Shown here: in pieces, positions 25,764 through 34,525 of the stretch
How positions within the stretch are numbered: the stretch's first letter is position 1
Layout of the letters: every line of letters starts with the position of its first letter
IMG/VR virus record: IMGVR_UViG_3300027808_003251
Coordinates: 1 to 40,987 of that record
Direction: 5' to 3' (one strand)
DNA length: 40,987 bases
Source: a virus
Lineage: Duplodnaviria; Caudoviricetes
Notes under the pieces: model-generated
Seen by the model: the letters and a program-made list of their open reading frames with translations, nothing else
Databases searched by the model: none
Told to the model about the DNA's origin: nothing
Position numbers and translations under genes: made by a program

Positions 25764-26087
25764 TTAAACTCTGAAACTTTCTCCACATCCACAGCGGTCA
25801 CGTTCGTTCTTGTTGATAAACTCAAATCCTTCATTGAGTCCGTTGCGCTTGAAGTCTATGATCATGCCGTCAAGATAAGGTATATTTTTGGGATCTACAA
25901 ATATTCTAATTCCATTGCTATCGTAATGTCTAACACAATGCAAATTGGGATTATCTACATATTCTAGCACATAAGCCAGTCCTGAGCAACCTGTGGTTCT
26001 AACGCCTACCTGAATGCCTTCGCCACGTCCACGTTTGGCAATGCTCTTTAAGATTTTATTGGCAGCTACATCTGTTACAGAGATCAT
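25764..26087 (-). CDS. iscA: A-type Fe-S carrier IscA
   Basis: TTGCSGLAY and CGCGESF motifs. Confidence 0.93.
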   Translation of the reverse strand: MISVTDVAANKILKSIAKRGRGEGIQVGVRTTGCSGLAYVLEYVDNPNLHCVRHYDSNGIRIFVDPKNIPYLDGMIIDFKRNGLNEGFEFINKNERDRCGCGESFRV

Positions 26088-26983
26088 ACCGCAACGTCGT
26101 CTTTCTTCCAGTTCTTTTTCAAAGTGGTAAAAGTGATAGGCTTGTAGTCATAAGATTCAGGACAGAATTTGCATTGATCAATCATGTTGTCAATATTGCC
26201 CAAGAATTCGGCACCACGGGTGTCAAATTCGTCAATGCCCAAGGGTTGGTAACCTCTCATTAACAATCGATCTTCGTCAGAGATATCAAATTGATACTGA
26301 TCATCAAATTCAGGCATCAAGGCAGCTGGGCCACACTTGTAAATTTTACCACGGATCATGTGATAGTTTTTAAAGCGAGCAAATGCACAGTTGTCATGTG
26401 CCTTGACAGGATCACTGTTGTACAAGCCAAATCGTCCATTGGGCAATTCCAAGATGTTGCTTTGCACAAACTTGTTGCTCATCCAGGCATGCACGTAGTT
26501 TTTGTTTACATCGGTAAACTGAAAGTCCGACCCAATGGGGTGCGTGGGATCGCTGGTTTCCACAATAGGTGCTGTTAGAAAGTTTCTAATACGTGAAAAG
26601 ATTTCTTCTTTGTCGTCAGGATTGTGTATGCTGATGCCAATCCAGTGTCCTTGGCCGTTGCCCAGGGCTTCGTACAAGCCTTTGACTTTGTCAATGCGTG
26701 TGCCGTTGCTTTGTATCTGTACACCTGAATGATCAGGCCACAGTCGTTTTAAGCCTTCTACCCACTTGTTGATTTCTGGATTGAGCAAAGGCTCACCACC
26801 AAGTATAACAGGGTGACGGATGTCAATTTTCTCTGCCCAGCGTTCTAGTATGGGACCATATTCATCCCAACTTTGCCATCCAGAGAATTTATAATTGTTG
26901 TAGCGATTACAGCCAGTGCAGGTCAGGTTACAAACGTTTGTAACATAAAATTCCAGTTTATCAATTAAGATGCGTTGTGTCAT
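26084..26983 (-). CDS. Radical SAM protein
   Basis: CNLTCTGC and LGGEPLL; C-terminal C...YKC...CKFC. Start moved to ATG 26983. Confidence 0.88.
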   Translation of the reverse strand: MTQRILIDKLEFYVTNVCNLTCTGCNRYNNYKFSGWQSWDEYGPILERWAEKIDIRHPVILGGEPLLNPEINKWVEGLKRLWPDHSGVQIQSNGTRIDKVKGLYEALGNGQGHWIGISIHNPDDKEEIFSRIRNFLTAPIVETSDPTHPIGSDFQFTDVNKNYVHAWMSNKFVQSNILELPNGRFGLYNSDPVKAHDNCAFARFKNYHMIRGKIYKCGPAALMPEFDDQYQFDISDEDRLLMRGYQPLGIDEFDTRGAEFLGNIDNMIDQCKFCPESYDYKPITFTTLKKNWKKDDVAV

Positions 26984-27353
26984 GTTTCTTTCTGTAGTCT
27001 TCAACTGCGGCCTTGATAGCATCCTCCGCAAGAATACTACAGTGTATTTTTACAGGAGGCAGAGCCAGTTCTTCAGCAATTTCAGAATTTTTAATCTGTG
27101 AAGCATTATCTAATGTCATGCCTTTGACCATTTCAGTAATCAAGGAACTTGATGCAATGGCTGACCCGCAACCATATGTTTTAAATTTTGCATCTGTAAT
27201 TATTCCATCCACCACTTTGATTTGTAATTTCATTACATCTCCGCAAGCAGGTGCGCCAACCATACCAGTACCGATATCAGTATCGCTCTTGTCAAAAGAT
27301 CCGACGTTCCTGGGATTTTCATAGTGATCTACAACTTTTTCTGAGTATGCCAT
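26961..27353 (-). CDS. iscU: Fe-S scaffold protein IscU
   Basis: MAYSEKVVDHYENPRNVG, APACGD, GCGSA and LPPVKIHC motifs. Start moved to ATG 27353. Confidence 0.96.
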   Translation of the reverse strand: MAYSEKVVDHYENPRNVGSFDKSDTDIGTGMVGAPACGDVMKLQIKVVDGIITDAKFKTYGCGSAIASSSLITEMVKGMTLDNASQIKNSEIAEELALPPVKIHCSILAEDAIKAAVEDYRKKHDTTHLN

Positions 27354-27354
27354 A

Positions 27355-27657
27355 TTATTGTGTACAAGTTCTTTCTCGGTATGTTTGACCATCCGGTGTT
27401 TGGATTTCTTTCCAAGGTGTGCAATTCTCTTGCAGTTGTACAATTACAGGCTGCCGTTGAACAAACACAGTTTCTGCTTGCGCAGGACGATTGGCAATTG
27501 CGGCACCTACCACACCACCAATGATGATGGGAACAACCCAGTTGCCATGACCATAGTGTCTGGCATGACCGTGATGTCTGTGGCCATGATTCCAGTGTTG
27601 TGCCAGTACAGGCACAGTGACCATTAACAATGCTAGTGAAATTAAGATCTTTTTCAT
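27355..27657 (-). CDS. Secreted His-rich glycine-zipper protein
   Basis: Signal peptide (MKKILISLALLMVTVPVLA), His-rich stretch, GGVVGAAIA, two C-terminal Cys; AAGGAG SD. Confidence 0.75.
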   Translation of the reverse strand: MKKILISLALLMVTVPVLAQHWNHGHRHHGHARHYGHGNWVVPIIIGGVVGAAIANRPAQAETVFVQRQPVIVQLQENCTPWKEIQTPDGQTYRERTCTQ

Positions 27658-27675
27658 CGCGATCTCCTTTGAGTT

Positions 27676-27704
27676 ATTATACTATATATAACGCCTGCAG
27701 TCAA
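27676..27704 (-). promoter_or_regulatory. sigma70 promoter TTGACT-17-TATAAT heading the iscU operon
   Basis: -35 at 27699-27704; -10 at 27676-27681. Confidence 0.8.
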
Positions 27705-27724
27705 CCAAATGTTGACAGTTTTGA

Positions 27725-28084
27725 TTAAACGCCGCGATCTTTGTTCATTGCCGATTTGGCGGCATTGGCAACTATGTCTTGTGCTTTGTTAACGGGCATT
27801 GTAGCAGGAGCTTCTGGTTCTCCGGCACCTTTGAATATGATTTCTTGTGATTCTGGAGTCATGGGTTCTAGCACTGAACTCAAGGGAGGTTGGCCCACAA
27901 TTTCTTCAATGTTGTCTTCGGTAACATTTATATTCAGACTTTGTGCAAGACTAATAAATGCACCACGAGAAATTTGTTTTTGTGCGCCTTCGTCTTCTGC
28001 ACGTCCGGCAAGAAAATTGACCAGTCCCAATAGTTCATCGGAGCCGGGTGTTGAGGATTCCGTTATGAATTCACGGAATCGCAT
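27725..28084 (-). CDS. Hypothetical protein, putative internal head protein
   Basis: N-terminus MRFREFITES resembles T4 capsid-targeting sequences. Confidence 0.65.
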   Translation of the reverse strand: MRFREFITESSTPGSDELLGLVNFLAGRAEDEGAQKQISRGAFISLAQSLNINVTEDNIEEIVGQPPLSSVLEPMTPESQEIIFKGAGEPEAPATMPVNKAQDIVANAAKSAMNKDRGV

Positions 28085-28965
28085 TATCTACGTGCTCGGC
28101 CCAGTCCCGCACCTCCTGCGGCTGCTTCTGGTTCTGCAGGCATTTCGCCGCCCATTTCTGGAGCAGGAGCGGCCATACCGGCAGCTGGATCAACTGCGCC
28201 AGGTGCTGGTGCACTGGCCATGCCAGCGTCAGGAGCAGGTGCTTGACCTGTTACCACGCCTAGGGCTTGATCCAAGGCAGCTTTGGCACCTTGTAAATTT
28301 TGTACCAAGCCAGCAAGTGCGGCTGTGGCATCTGAATTGAATTGTGTGGCTTGCTCCATGCCCACTTGATTCTTGATAGAGTCTACTAGAGCTGGCAATT
28401 CTTTGAACTGTAATTCAGTTACATCTTCAAGCATGCCTTGCATTTTGTCAACCATGTCTTGTGCGGCCAACACCACTTGAGCTTGTTGAACTTCTGATTC
28501 ATTCAAGCGAGTCATCACACGACGCAATCGACTCTCGGCCTGCATCATGGCAGCGCCGGCTACTAGTTTTTGTTCTTCGGGACTGAGTGTTTGACCACTA
28601 GTGCTTTTCTTTAATGCAGCAGCCAATTTAGGATCTTTAACTTGCACAGTGTTTGGTTGTGCAGGTTTAGCACCCGGAGCAGGTGCTACACCAGCGGCTG
28701 GAGCAACAGGAATAGCTTCTTCGGCCATGCGTGTGGTCAATGCCTGTTCCATCATTACCAGTTTAAGGTAACCTGGATTTTGTTGGCTTTGATATCTGGC
28801 AGACCCCGAACGATGCTCATGTAGCAGACCTTGCACACGGTGCAACAGGTGTTGAGTCTGTCGAGATGTTAAACGGTCAAACTCAATGTTAGAGCCAAAG
28901 TAACTTTCGAAAACTTTAGCGATTTGTTTTGTTGGCGACGGAGCGGCCAGTTCTTGCAGTTTCAT
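28084..28965 (-). CDS. Hypothetical protein, putative prohead core/internal protein
   Basis: MKLQEL start, several LxE-type sites, coiled coil, Ala/Pro-rich linkers; late promoter and GAGGA SD. Confidence 0.7.
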   Translation of the reverse strand: MKLQELAAPSPTKQIAKVFESYFGSNIEFDRLTSRQTQHLLHRVQGLLHEHRSGSARYQSQQNPGYLKLVMMEQALTTRMAEEAIPVAPAAGVAPAPGAKPAQPNTVQVKDPKLAAALKKSTSGQTLSPEEQKLVAGAAMMQAESRLRRVMTRLNESEVQQAQVVLAAQDMVDKMQGMLEDVTELQFKELPALVDSIKNQVGMEQATQFNSDATAALAGLVQNLQGAKAALDQALGVVTGQAPAPDAGMASAPAPGAVDPAAGMAAPAPEMGGEMPAEPEAAAGGAGLGRARR

Positions 28966-29413
28966 TTGAGAATCCTCTAATTTGCATATATTTAGCCGAA
29001 TTTAAACATTTCTCTAATTCGGCATCAACTGTTTCCATTTGATCAATCTTGCGTTGAAGTTTGATGGAAACACCTTCGTAAAAATCTTCGTGCTTGCTAC
29101 GGTCTGCAAGTGTTTTGCGACAGTGTATATCCGCCGCTAGACTATGTTTTTTGGTATCTAGTGTGCGTATTATTCGTGCCAGTGTGAGTTGATTGTGTTG
29201 GTCTGCAATACACCAGCTGATTGCACTGCGCTTGCTGCCAAATGTTATGGGATCTTGATTTTTAATACTCACTATAAACTTGTAGTCTGTGGGTATGATA
29301 TTGTATTTGCCAAAAGCCATAATGCCACCGCGCCCATCACTCACAATCAACTTGTCAGTTAGATTGAGTAGTTCTTTTGCGGCAAAGGCTTCTAGCTTGT
29401 TTTGTTTGTTCAT
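28916..29413 (-). CDS. Hypothetical coiled-coil protein
   Basis: ATGA coupling; operon context. Confidence 0.65.
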   Translation of the reverse strand: MNKQNKLEAFAAKELLNLTDKLIVSDGRGGIMAFGKYNIIPTDYKFIVSIKNQDPITFGSKRSAISWCIADQHNQLTLARIIRTLDTKKHSLAADIHCRKTLADRSKHEDFYEGVSIKLQRKIDQMETVDAELEKCLNSAKYMQIRGFSNETARTGRSVANKTNR

Positions 29414-29670
29414 TTAAATACATACGTTGTGACTAGCCATCCAACAGTGGCCAACAGCATGCCAATGATGCCTGATCCCCAGGTAACCAACTGATCGTTA
29501 CGTTTGGCAGCCATCTCCTGCACTATATTATGCACTTCGTCAATGGTGGTTTTTAAACTGTCAACATTAGATTCGAGAGTCTCTAATTTGAGTTCTAGCA
29601 ATTTATATCGCTCGGCACACAATTCAACGTGCGCTTCAAGACTCTTTTTCTCAATATCAGTTGTGTCCAT
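29410..29670 (-). CDS. Coiled-coil protein with C-terminal TM (XhlA/holin-like)
   Basis: LEAHVELCAERY, heptad repeats, hydrophobic C-terminus; GGGAG SD. Confidence 0.6.
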   Translation of the reverse strand: MDTTDIEKKSLEAHVELCAERYKLLELKLETLESNVDSLKTTIDEVHNIVQEMAAKRNDQLVTWGSGIIGMLLATVGWLVTTYVFK

Positions 29671-29682
29671 TATAGGCTCCCA

Positions 29683-30105
29683 TCATTTATTTATGGGTTC
29701 AAACCAAATGTTCTGATCTGGTCCCGAGGTAACTAGTACCGCTTGTTCGGTGAGATTTTCTGTGAGTCCTGTGAGCATGGGCACACCTGCACACTCATTT
29801 ACCAGTCCGGTCAAGTCTCCGGCATAGCCAGTGGTACTATAAACTTCTCCGTGTTCAACTTCAAATTCAAATTGCCAGGTGCCTGAGTCACAGCCATTGG
29901 GCGTGACATTCAGTGGTTGGGTACGCAGGCTAATCAATTGATTTAGAGTTTCCCAGTTACGTTGCTGATTCCTGGCAAATGTCCAATCGTGCTGATTATT
30001 AATTGTGTTGCCAGCACCATCCCGAAATGGCACTTGGCTGGGCCTAAAATGACCTGTGATGCCAGTGGCCGAGCAATCAAACAGAGTTCTACAGAGTATT
30101 CGCAT
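29683..30105 (-). CDS. Hypothetical protein (RNQQRNWET motif)
   Basis: TAAATA 8 nt before the ATG. Confidence 0.7.
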   Translation of the reverse strand: MRILCRTLFDCSATGITGHFRPSQVPFRDGAGNTINNQHDWTFARNQQRNWETLNQLISLRTQPLNVTPNGCDSGTWQFEFEVEHGEVYSTTGYAGDLTGLVNECAGVPMLTGLTENLTEQAVLVTSGPDQNIWFEPINK

Positions 30106-30124
30106 TATACGAGTATTTAACGGC

Positions 30125-30164
30125 CAACAAAAAACCCAGGATATTTCTAACCTGGGTTTTGTTG
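30125..30164 (-). terminator. Intrinsic terminator
   Basis: AACCCAGG-loop-CCTGGGTT followed by a T-run, after the 133-aa gene. Confidence 0.85.
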
Positions 30165-30179
30165 TTAATCAGCAATTGA

Positions 30180-30581
30180 TTAGGTCGATAACTTGAAACC
30201 AACGCTGGTTGCACTGTCCAACTGATAACCGTTGTAGGTAATGTTGGCAGCTGCCAAGAACACAGCGGCGCTGGTGTTAGTAGAAGCATTAGCGAAAGCA
30301 CCTGTTGGGTAAGTAGCGAAACTCAACACTGTACCGTCAACTTGATACATTGCGATTGTAGCAGTTTGTTGGATAGCCTGAATAACGTTTCCAACGTACT
30401 CTTGAACACCTTGTTGTGAAACAACAGTAGTGTTAGCAACAGCACGGAAGAAGTCTAACTTAGGACCAGCTAGGTTGACTGGTGTAGCGGCTGTAGAAGC
30501 TGATGGGCTTACTGGGCCGTTTTGTACATCGATTGCGAATACCGGTTGGGAATCGCCATTTACGGGGGTTAAAAATGCCAT
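30180..30581 (-). CDS. Putative abundant virion protein (capsid decoration-like)
   Basis: A/T/S/V-rich; high-expression codon style (GCT, AAC, TTC); own late promoter, leader hairpin, AAGGA SD and terminator. Confidence 0.7.
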   Translation of the reverse strand: MAFLTPVNGDSQPVFAIDVQNGPVSPSASTAATPVNLAGPKLDFFRAVANTTVVSQQGVQEYVGNVIQAIQQTATIAMYQVDGTVLSFATYPTGAFANASTNTSAAVFLAAANITYNGYQLDSATSVGFKLST

Positions 30582-30645
30582 GATAAATTTCCTTTAAGTT
30601 TGTGACCCACTACGGGTCTGCTTTTATTTAGTCAATTTGGAAAAA

Positions 30646-32529
30646 TCACGTGGGTTGAGGGTTATTTCTCTGTCGGTTTTGTGCGGCAAAAGCATTGGGA
30701 TCAAAGCGATTCACAGCTTTGGCATAGCCTGCAGGGGTGGCCATGACCCAACCTTCTTGCCCGGGATGCTCTAGATCTGCTTGCTTTAGGATATCCATCT
30801 TTAGATCATGCAACAACAAGAACGCAGTAAAGGCAGCGGCCAAGGCAGGGGTATTGCTACTGGGGCTTTCCAGGTACTCCACAATGTTGCGGAACTTGCT
30901 GGGAGTTACTTTGCTTTGTAGCCATTCGCCAAACTCGGGCAACAGTGTTTGTGGATTCAGTGGAGCACCAACCTTGGTATTGATATAGTCCACGCATAGT
31001 TTGGCAAGGTCAGTGATCTTGTGTGCTCGTAATTCAGCAGGATTAAACAAGGTGGCAATGGCAGCACCATCTGTGCGAATCAACTGCTTGAGTTGTTTAA
31101 CTTTGGCAGGTTCTACTGCCAGTGCAGATGGTGTTGCAGGACGCTCTAACATGAGTCCAGGAACTTCAATAAACGTCACACCCTTTAATGGCTGTCGTGC
31201 ATCGCCCGCATCTGAATACATGCTGTGTACCGCAACGCCAATATCACTGTTGCCAATACGCTGACCCAAGTTACTTTGAGCTGGAATTTTGTACTCGATA
31301 GTGTTGGGACGGAACACATAGTTGCCGGCAATTTCTGGGGGTGTTGCCATGTACAGCAAGTCGCCCTTGACATAGCCTCGGAAGTTAGGCGGTAGTGTGG
31401 CTTCAAGTACCGGAAATAGCTGTGCATACAAGTTGATCAGCTCGTCTCGGCTGCCGGACCGTGTGCGTTGGATAGCGGCCATCATTTGGGGACTGGTAGC
31501 AAGACCATCGTAGCCCTTGGCTTCAAATCCTGATGCATCAGTAAGCACAAACTCGCCTGTGGCAGGTTTACGCCCCCAGATCACAGCAGGCTTACCGTCC
31601 CATTTAGCAGTGGTAGTTTTTTTAGGTGCTTCGGTAGCGTGAGCAACAATTTCTAACGCTTGCTGTATGCCAGCTGTGCCTTTACGAAACACATAGTCTT
31701 CCAGATGCTCAATGCCCTTGGCTCTGCCGCCTACTCCAGGCTCTTCTGCTTCTACTAGAGCAACATAACCACGATTAACAATACGATCACGCAAGCGACC
31801 CAGGAATCCCACATCATCTTCAGACACCGACAATTGTGGTTCTTTTAATCCTTCACGTGCTAGATATTCACGAAAGTCTTTTAGCTTGGCATCTTTATTG
31901 GGATCATTGCTCAATGCGGCGTAGATGCTTTCCACATTCTTTAAATTTTCTTTTGTGAATGCAGGACCCAATAACATTCGTGCCACATGGGTGGGATCTA
32001 GACCGCCTTTAACCAGTTCTTCAGTTGATCGACTGAACATGCCATTTGCACCCACTTTGAACCCCAGGGCCTTGGCCATTGAACTCATTAGCACATTACG
32101 GTTCATGCCCTTGAATGCCGAACCTTCTGCACCGCCATAATAGAACGTGCCCCAATCCAAGTTGGGAAAGAACATAAAGTCTGTTTGTACATAGCCTTTG
32201 TCAGGGTCTCCGGAAATGGGAGTTTTAAAATGTACTTCGCCCTTTTTAACCACCCATTCACGTGGATCTAATCCCTGGCTAGTCACAATCTGTTGTAGTG
32301 CTGTGGCCAATTGATCTTTTGAAATTTCATTCAGGTCCACCCCAAGATCCAAGTCGCCGGATGTGGGCTTGCGTCCTGTGGATCCCAGCCAGCGTTCTGG
32401 TGGAAAATCAATTCCCAGAACATTTTCAATGTATTTGATGGTGGCAGGCACATCCGCCTGATTGATGCGCTGTGTTAATGGGTTGCCTTGTTTGTCCTTA
32501 AAGACATTTCCGCCTTCTTTGAGATACAT
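30646..32529 (-). CDS. Pol-beta-type nucleotidyltransferase fused to a KxDG ligase-like (DUF6267-like) domain
   Basis: LGSTG....SGDLDL...VQTDF (NTase); IEHLED...AKWDGKPA...KGDLLY...EGWVM...KAVNR (ligase-like motifs). Confidence 0.7.
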   Translation of the reverse strand: MYLKEGGNVFKDKQGNPLTQRINQADVPATIKYIENVLGIDFPPERWLGSTGRKPTSGDLDLGVDLNEISKDQLATALQQIVTSQGLDPREWVVKKGEVHFKTPISGDPDKGYVQTDFMFFPNLDWGTFYYGGAEGSAFKGMNRNVLMSSMAKALGFKVGANGMFSRSTEELVKGGLDPTHVARMLLGPAFTKENLKNVESIYAALSNDPNKDAKLKDFREYLAREGLKEPQLSVSEDDVGFLGRLRDRIVNRGYVALVEAEEPGVGGRAKGIEHLEDYVFRKGTAGIQQALEIVAHATEAPKKTTTAKWDGKPAVIWGRKPATGEFVLTDASGFEAKGYDGLATSPQMMAAIQRTRSGSRDELINLYAQLFPVLEATLPPNFRGYVKGDLLYMATPPEIAGNYVFRPNTIEYKIPAQSNLGQRIGNSDIGVAVHSMYSDAGDARQPLKGVTFIEVPGLMLERPATPSALAVEPAKVKQLKQLIRTDGAAIATLFNPAELRAHKITDLAKLCVDYINTKVGAPLNPQTLLPEFGEWLQSKVTPSKFRNIVEYLESPSSNTPALAAAFTAFLLLHDLKMDILKQADLEHPGQEGWVMATPAGYAKAVNRFDPNAFAAQNRQRNNPQPT

Positions 32530-32532
32530 AAT

Positions 32533-33249
32533 TTATTTCTTCATGCCAAGTAATTGTTGTAACGCTGCCAGCGATGCTGGATCTCTTGCCATTTGTTGCA
32601 TTTGTGCAACTTGATTGTCGTCTAGGTCCAATTTATCAACAACTTGTTGAGACTGTGGAGTTATTCTGCTGGAAGCTGTTCGTCGAGTGCCACTGAATTG
32701 TGCTATGCTTTTTGCACGTTGCACTGACGTTGCCAAATCCATCCAGGTTTTTTTGGCTTGGCCAGCATTGGTTTTGGGATCCATGGTCACATCAATTGCG
32801 GCTTGAATTTGTGCTGGCAACTGTTGTGATAACATACGTGCATCATTGTTGTCACTCAAGGCCGCAAGCCCAGCAATGTCAATGCTGGGAGCAAACAAGC
32901 TGTTTAGGAATTTTTCAAATTCTTGTGTGAGTTCTGCGGGAGCCAACTGATCTGCACCAGTGGCAGGTATCTTGGGATCTGCCACTGACTTCGAAGTGCT
33001 CACAAGTTGTTGTACCACTTGAGCCCAGCGTTGTTGCATTTGTTTGGACAATGGCTCTAACAATGATCGATTCATTTCACCGGCTGCGGCCTGACGTTGA
33101 TTTGCTGACACAGGTGCGCCTGCAAATTGGTCTGCAGGAACTGATCCAGGCAACAATTTATTGGCCAGGCCCGTGGCAATGTTGCTGCCAATTTGTCCCA
33201 TTATGCCAGCTTCGTTTACGCGGCGTCGTGTTATTTCATGAATCTGCAT
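32533..33249 (-). CDS. Hypothetical protein, putative internal head protein
   Basis: Start moved to MQIHEITRRRVNEA (ATG 33249, AGGA SD); Gln/Ala-rich and helical. Confidence 0.65.
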   Translation of the reverse strand: MQIHEITRRRVNEAGIMGQIGSNIATGLANKLLPGSVPADQFAGAPVSANQRQAAAGEMNRSLLEPLSKQMQQRWAQVVQQLVSTSKSVADPKIPATGADQLAPAELTQEFEKFLNSLFAPSIDIAGLAALSDNNDARMLSQQLPAQIQAAIDVTMDPKTNAGQAKKTWMDLATSVQRAKSIAQFSGTRRTASSRITPQSQQVVDKLDLDDNQVAQMQQMARDPASLAALQQLLGMKK

Positions 33250-33484
33250 TGGTTTTCCTAACGGATCTAGAAAACTTTCCAGCATCCTTTGTTCTAATGG
33301 CATTGAGCAATTTTCTTGTGAGATTATCTGCTTGCTCGGCACCAAATTCTTTTTCAATTTGTTCTACTAGTCTAATGGCACTTGAGATAATATTGTCGGC
33401 TCTACTTTCAATAATTAGGCGACGATCACGCTCAACATACATTGAGTCTAATTCTTCCAACAAACTGCGTGTCTTTCTTTGCAT
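33236..33484 (-). CDS. Conserved hypothetical protein (82 aa)
   Basis: Late promoter and GGAG SD. Confidence 0.75.
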   Translation of the reverse strand: MQRKTRSLLEELDSMYVERDRRLIIESRADNIISSAIRLVEQIEKEFGAEQADNLTRKLLNAIRTKDAGKFSRSVRKTNADS

Positions 33485-33502
33485 TACTCCGGGGCCTTTG
33501 TA

Positions 33503-34525
33503 TTATTTAGTATTTGTTGGTAGGATAATTTGTTCTGCTGCCTTGGGAAAAACTTCACGCCAGTTAGTTCCACGACGTTGATCTATCTTGCCAAGATGTT
33601 CAATAACAATGTCATGAGCACTGGCTGCAGACAATGGTCCAAACGCCGAACTTAATTTGTGCTTTATTAGTCGACCCAGATTATCATGTTTAAAATTTGT
33701 TGCAAACCAGTCAGTGATTTCGTCAACGTAGTATTGGCTTAAAACATTTATAGTACTGTTGATTCCGTAGCGGGCATTTTCTCCGCAGTTGTTGATCATC
33801 CATTGAAAATTCTCTACAGTTTGTGTCCAGTTTGCTGGATATCTGATATACTCGTATCTTGGGCCAATATCGTCCAAACTACAATAAACGTCAACTTGAT
33901 TACATTCTTTCCATACTTCTAGCAATTCTGGACTGGGCTGTACTGTACCATTGGTGGTATAGTATAAAGTAACCTTTGATTTGTTTGGTAGTGCTTGTAG
34001 AAATTCCACGTGTTCCTTACTGAGAAACGGTTCACCGCCCCATAAATGAATAATTTCTATGTGACTTAAATCTAAGTTTTTCCAGGCGCGATTTACTATA
34101 GATTTTTTTTCGTCTTTGATAACTCCAAGTTCTTGTTTCCACAAACTGCTGTTATTAGGACCACACATGATACAGGCTAAATTGCAAATGTCGCCGACCC
34201 AGTAATCCATTTTTGTTAGTTCAACTGTGGGAATATCTCCAGGCCGAATTGGAGTGTTATTCCATGCCCATTTGTCAGCGGCGATTTGTTTGCGGCTGGG
34301 GAACCCTTGACTTTCCATTTCAGTACACGATTTACATCCAGCTGGCGGAGTTCCATCAATCCATTGTTGTCGGATGTTGACCAAGTTGGCATTGTTTACA
34401 AAATCTACAGTTTCAGCCTGGGCCAATGGATATATGCAACATGGAGCAATAGCAGGTTTATTGTTACGGAATTCAATGCTGAGATTTTTAAATGGCTCTA
34501 GGCAAACAGTGTTAGTATTATTCAT
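33503..34525 (-). CDS. Radical SAM protein with N-terminal SPASM/twitch-like Cys cluster
   Basis: CNLACIMC and GGEPFL; N-terminal C...CC...CKSC. Confidence 0.88.
   Translation of the reverse strand: MNNTNTVCLEPFKNLSIEFRNNKPAIAPCCIYPLAQAETVDFVNNANLVNIRQQWIDGTPPAGCKSCTEMESQGFPSRKQIAADKWAWNNTPIRPGDIPTVELTKMDYWVGDICNLACIMCGPNNSSLWKQELGVIKDEKKSIVNRAWKNLDLSHIEIIHLWGGEPFLSKEHVEFLQALPNKSKVTLYYTTNGTVQPSPELLEVWKECNQVDVYCSLDDIGPRYEYIRYPANWTQTVENFQWMINNCGENARYGINSTINVLSQYYVDEITDWFATNFKHDNLGRLIKHKLSSAFGPLSAASAHDIVIEHLGKIDQRRGTNWREVFPKAAEQIILPTNTK

Noticed and set aside
26961-27443. N-terminal extensions in the track ORFs (IscU, ClpX, rSAMs, 12558-13031, 32533-33357)
   Set aside because: The extensions overlap upstream genes; downstream starts match family N-termini and SD or coupling signals.
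32527-32535. In-frame TAA-ATT-ATG between the 32533 ORF and the NTase fusion (possible readthrough)
   Set aside because: The downstream gene has its own typical N-terminus (MYLKE); a 3-nt gap is expected by chance in tight operons.
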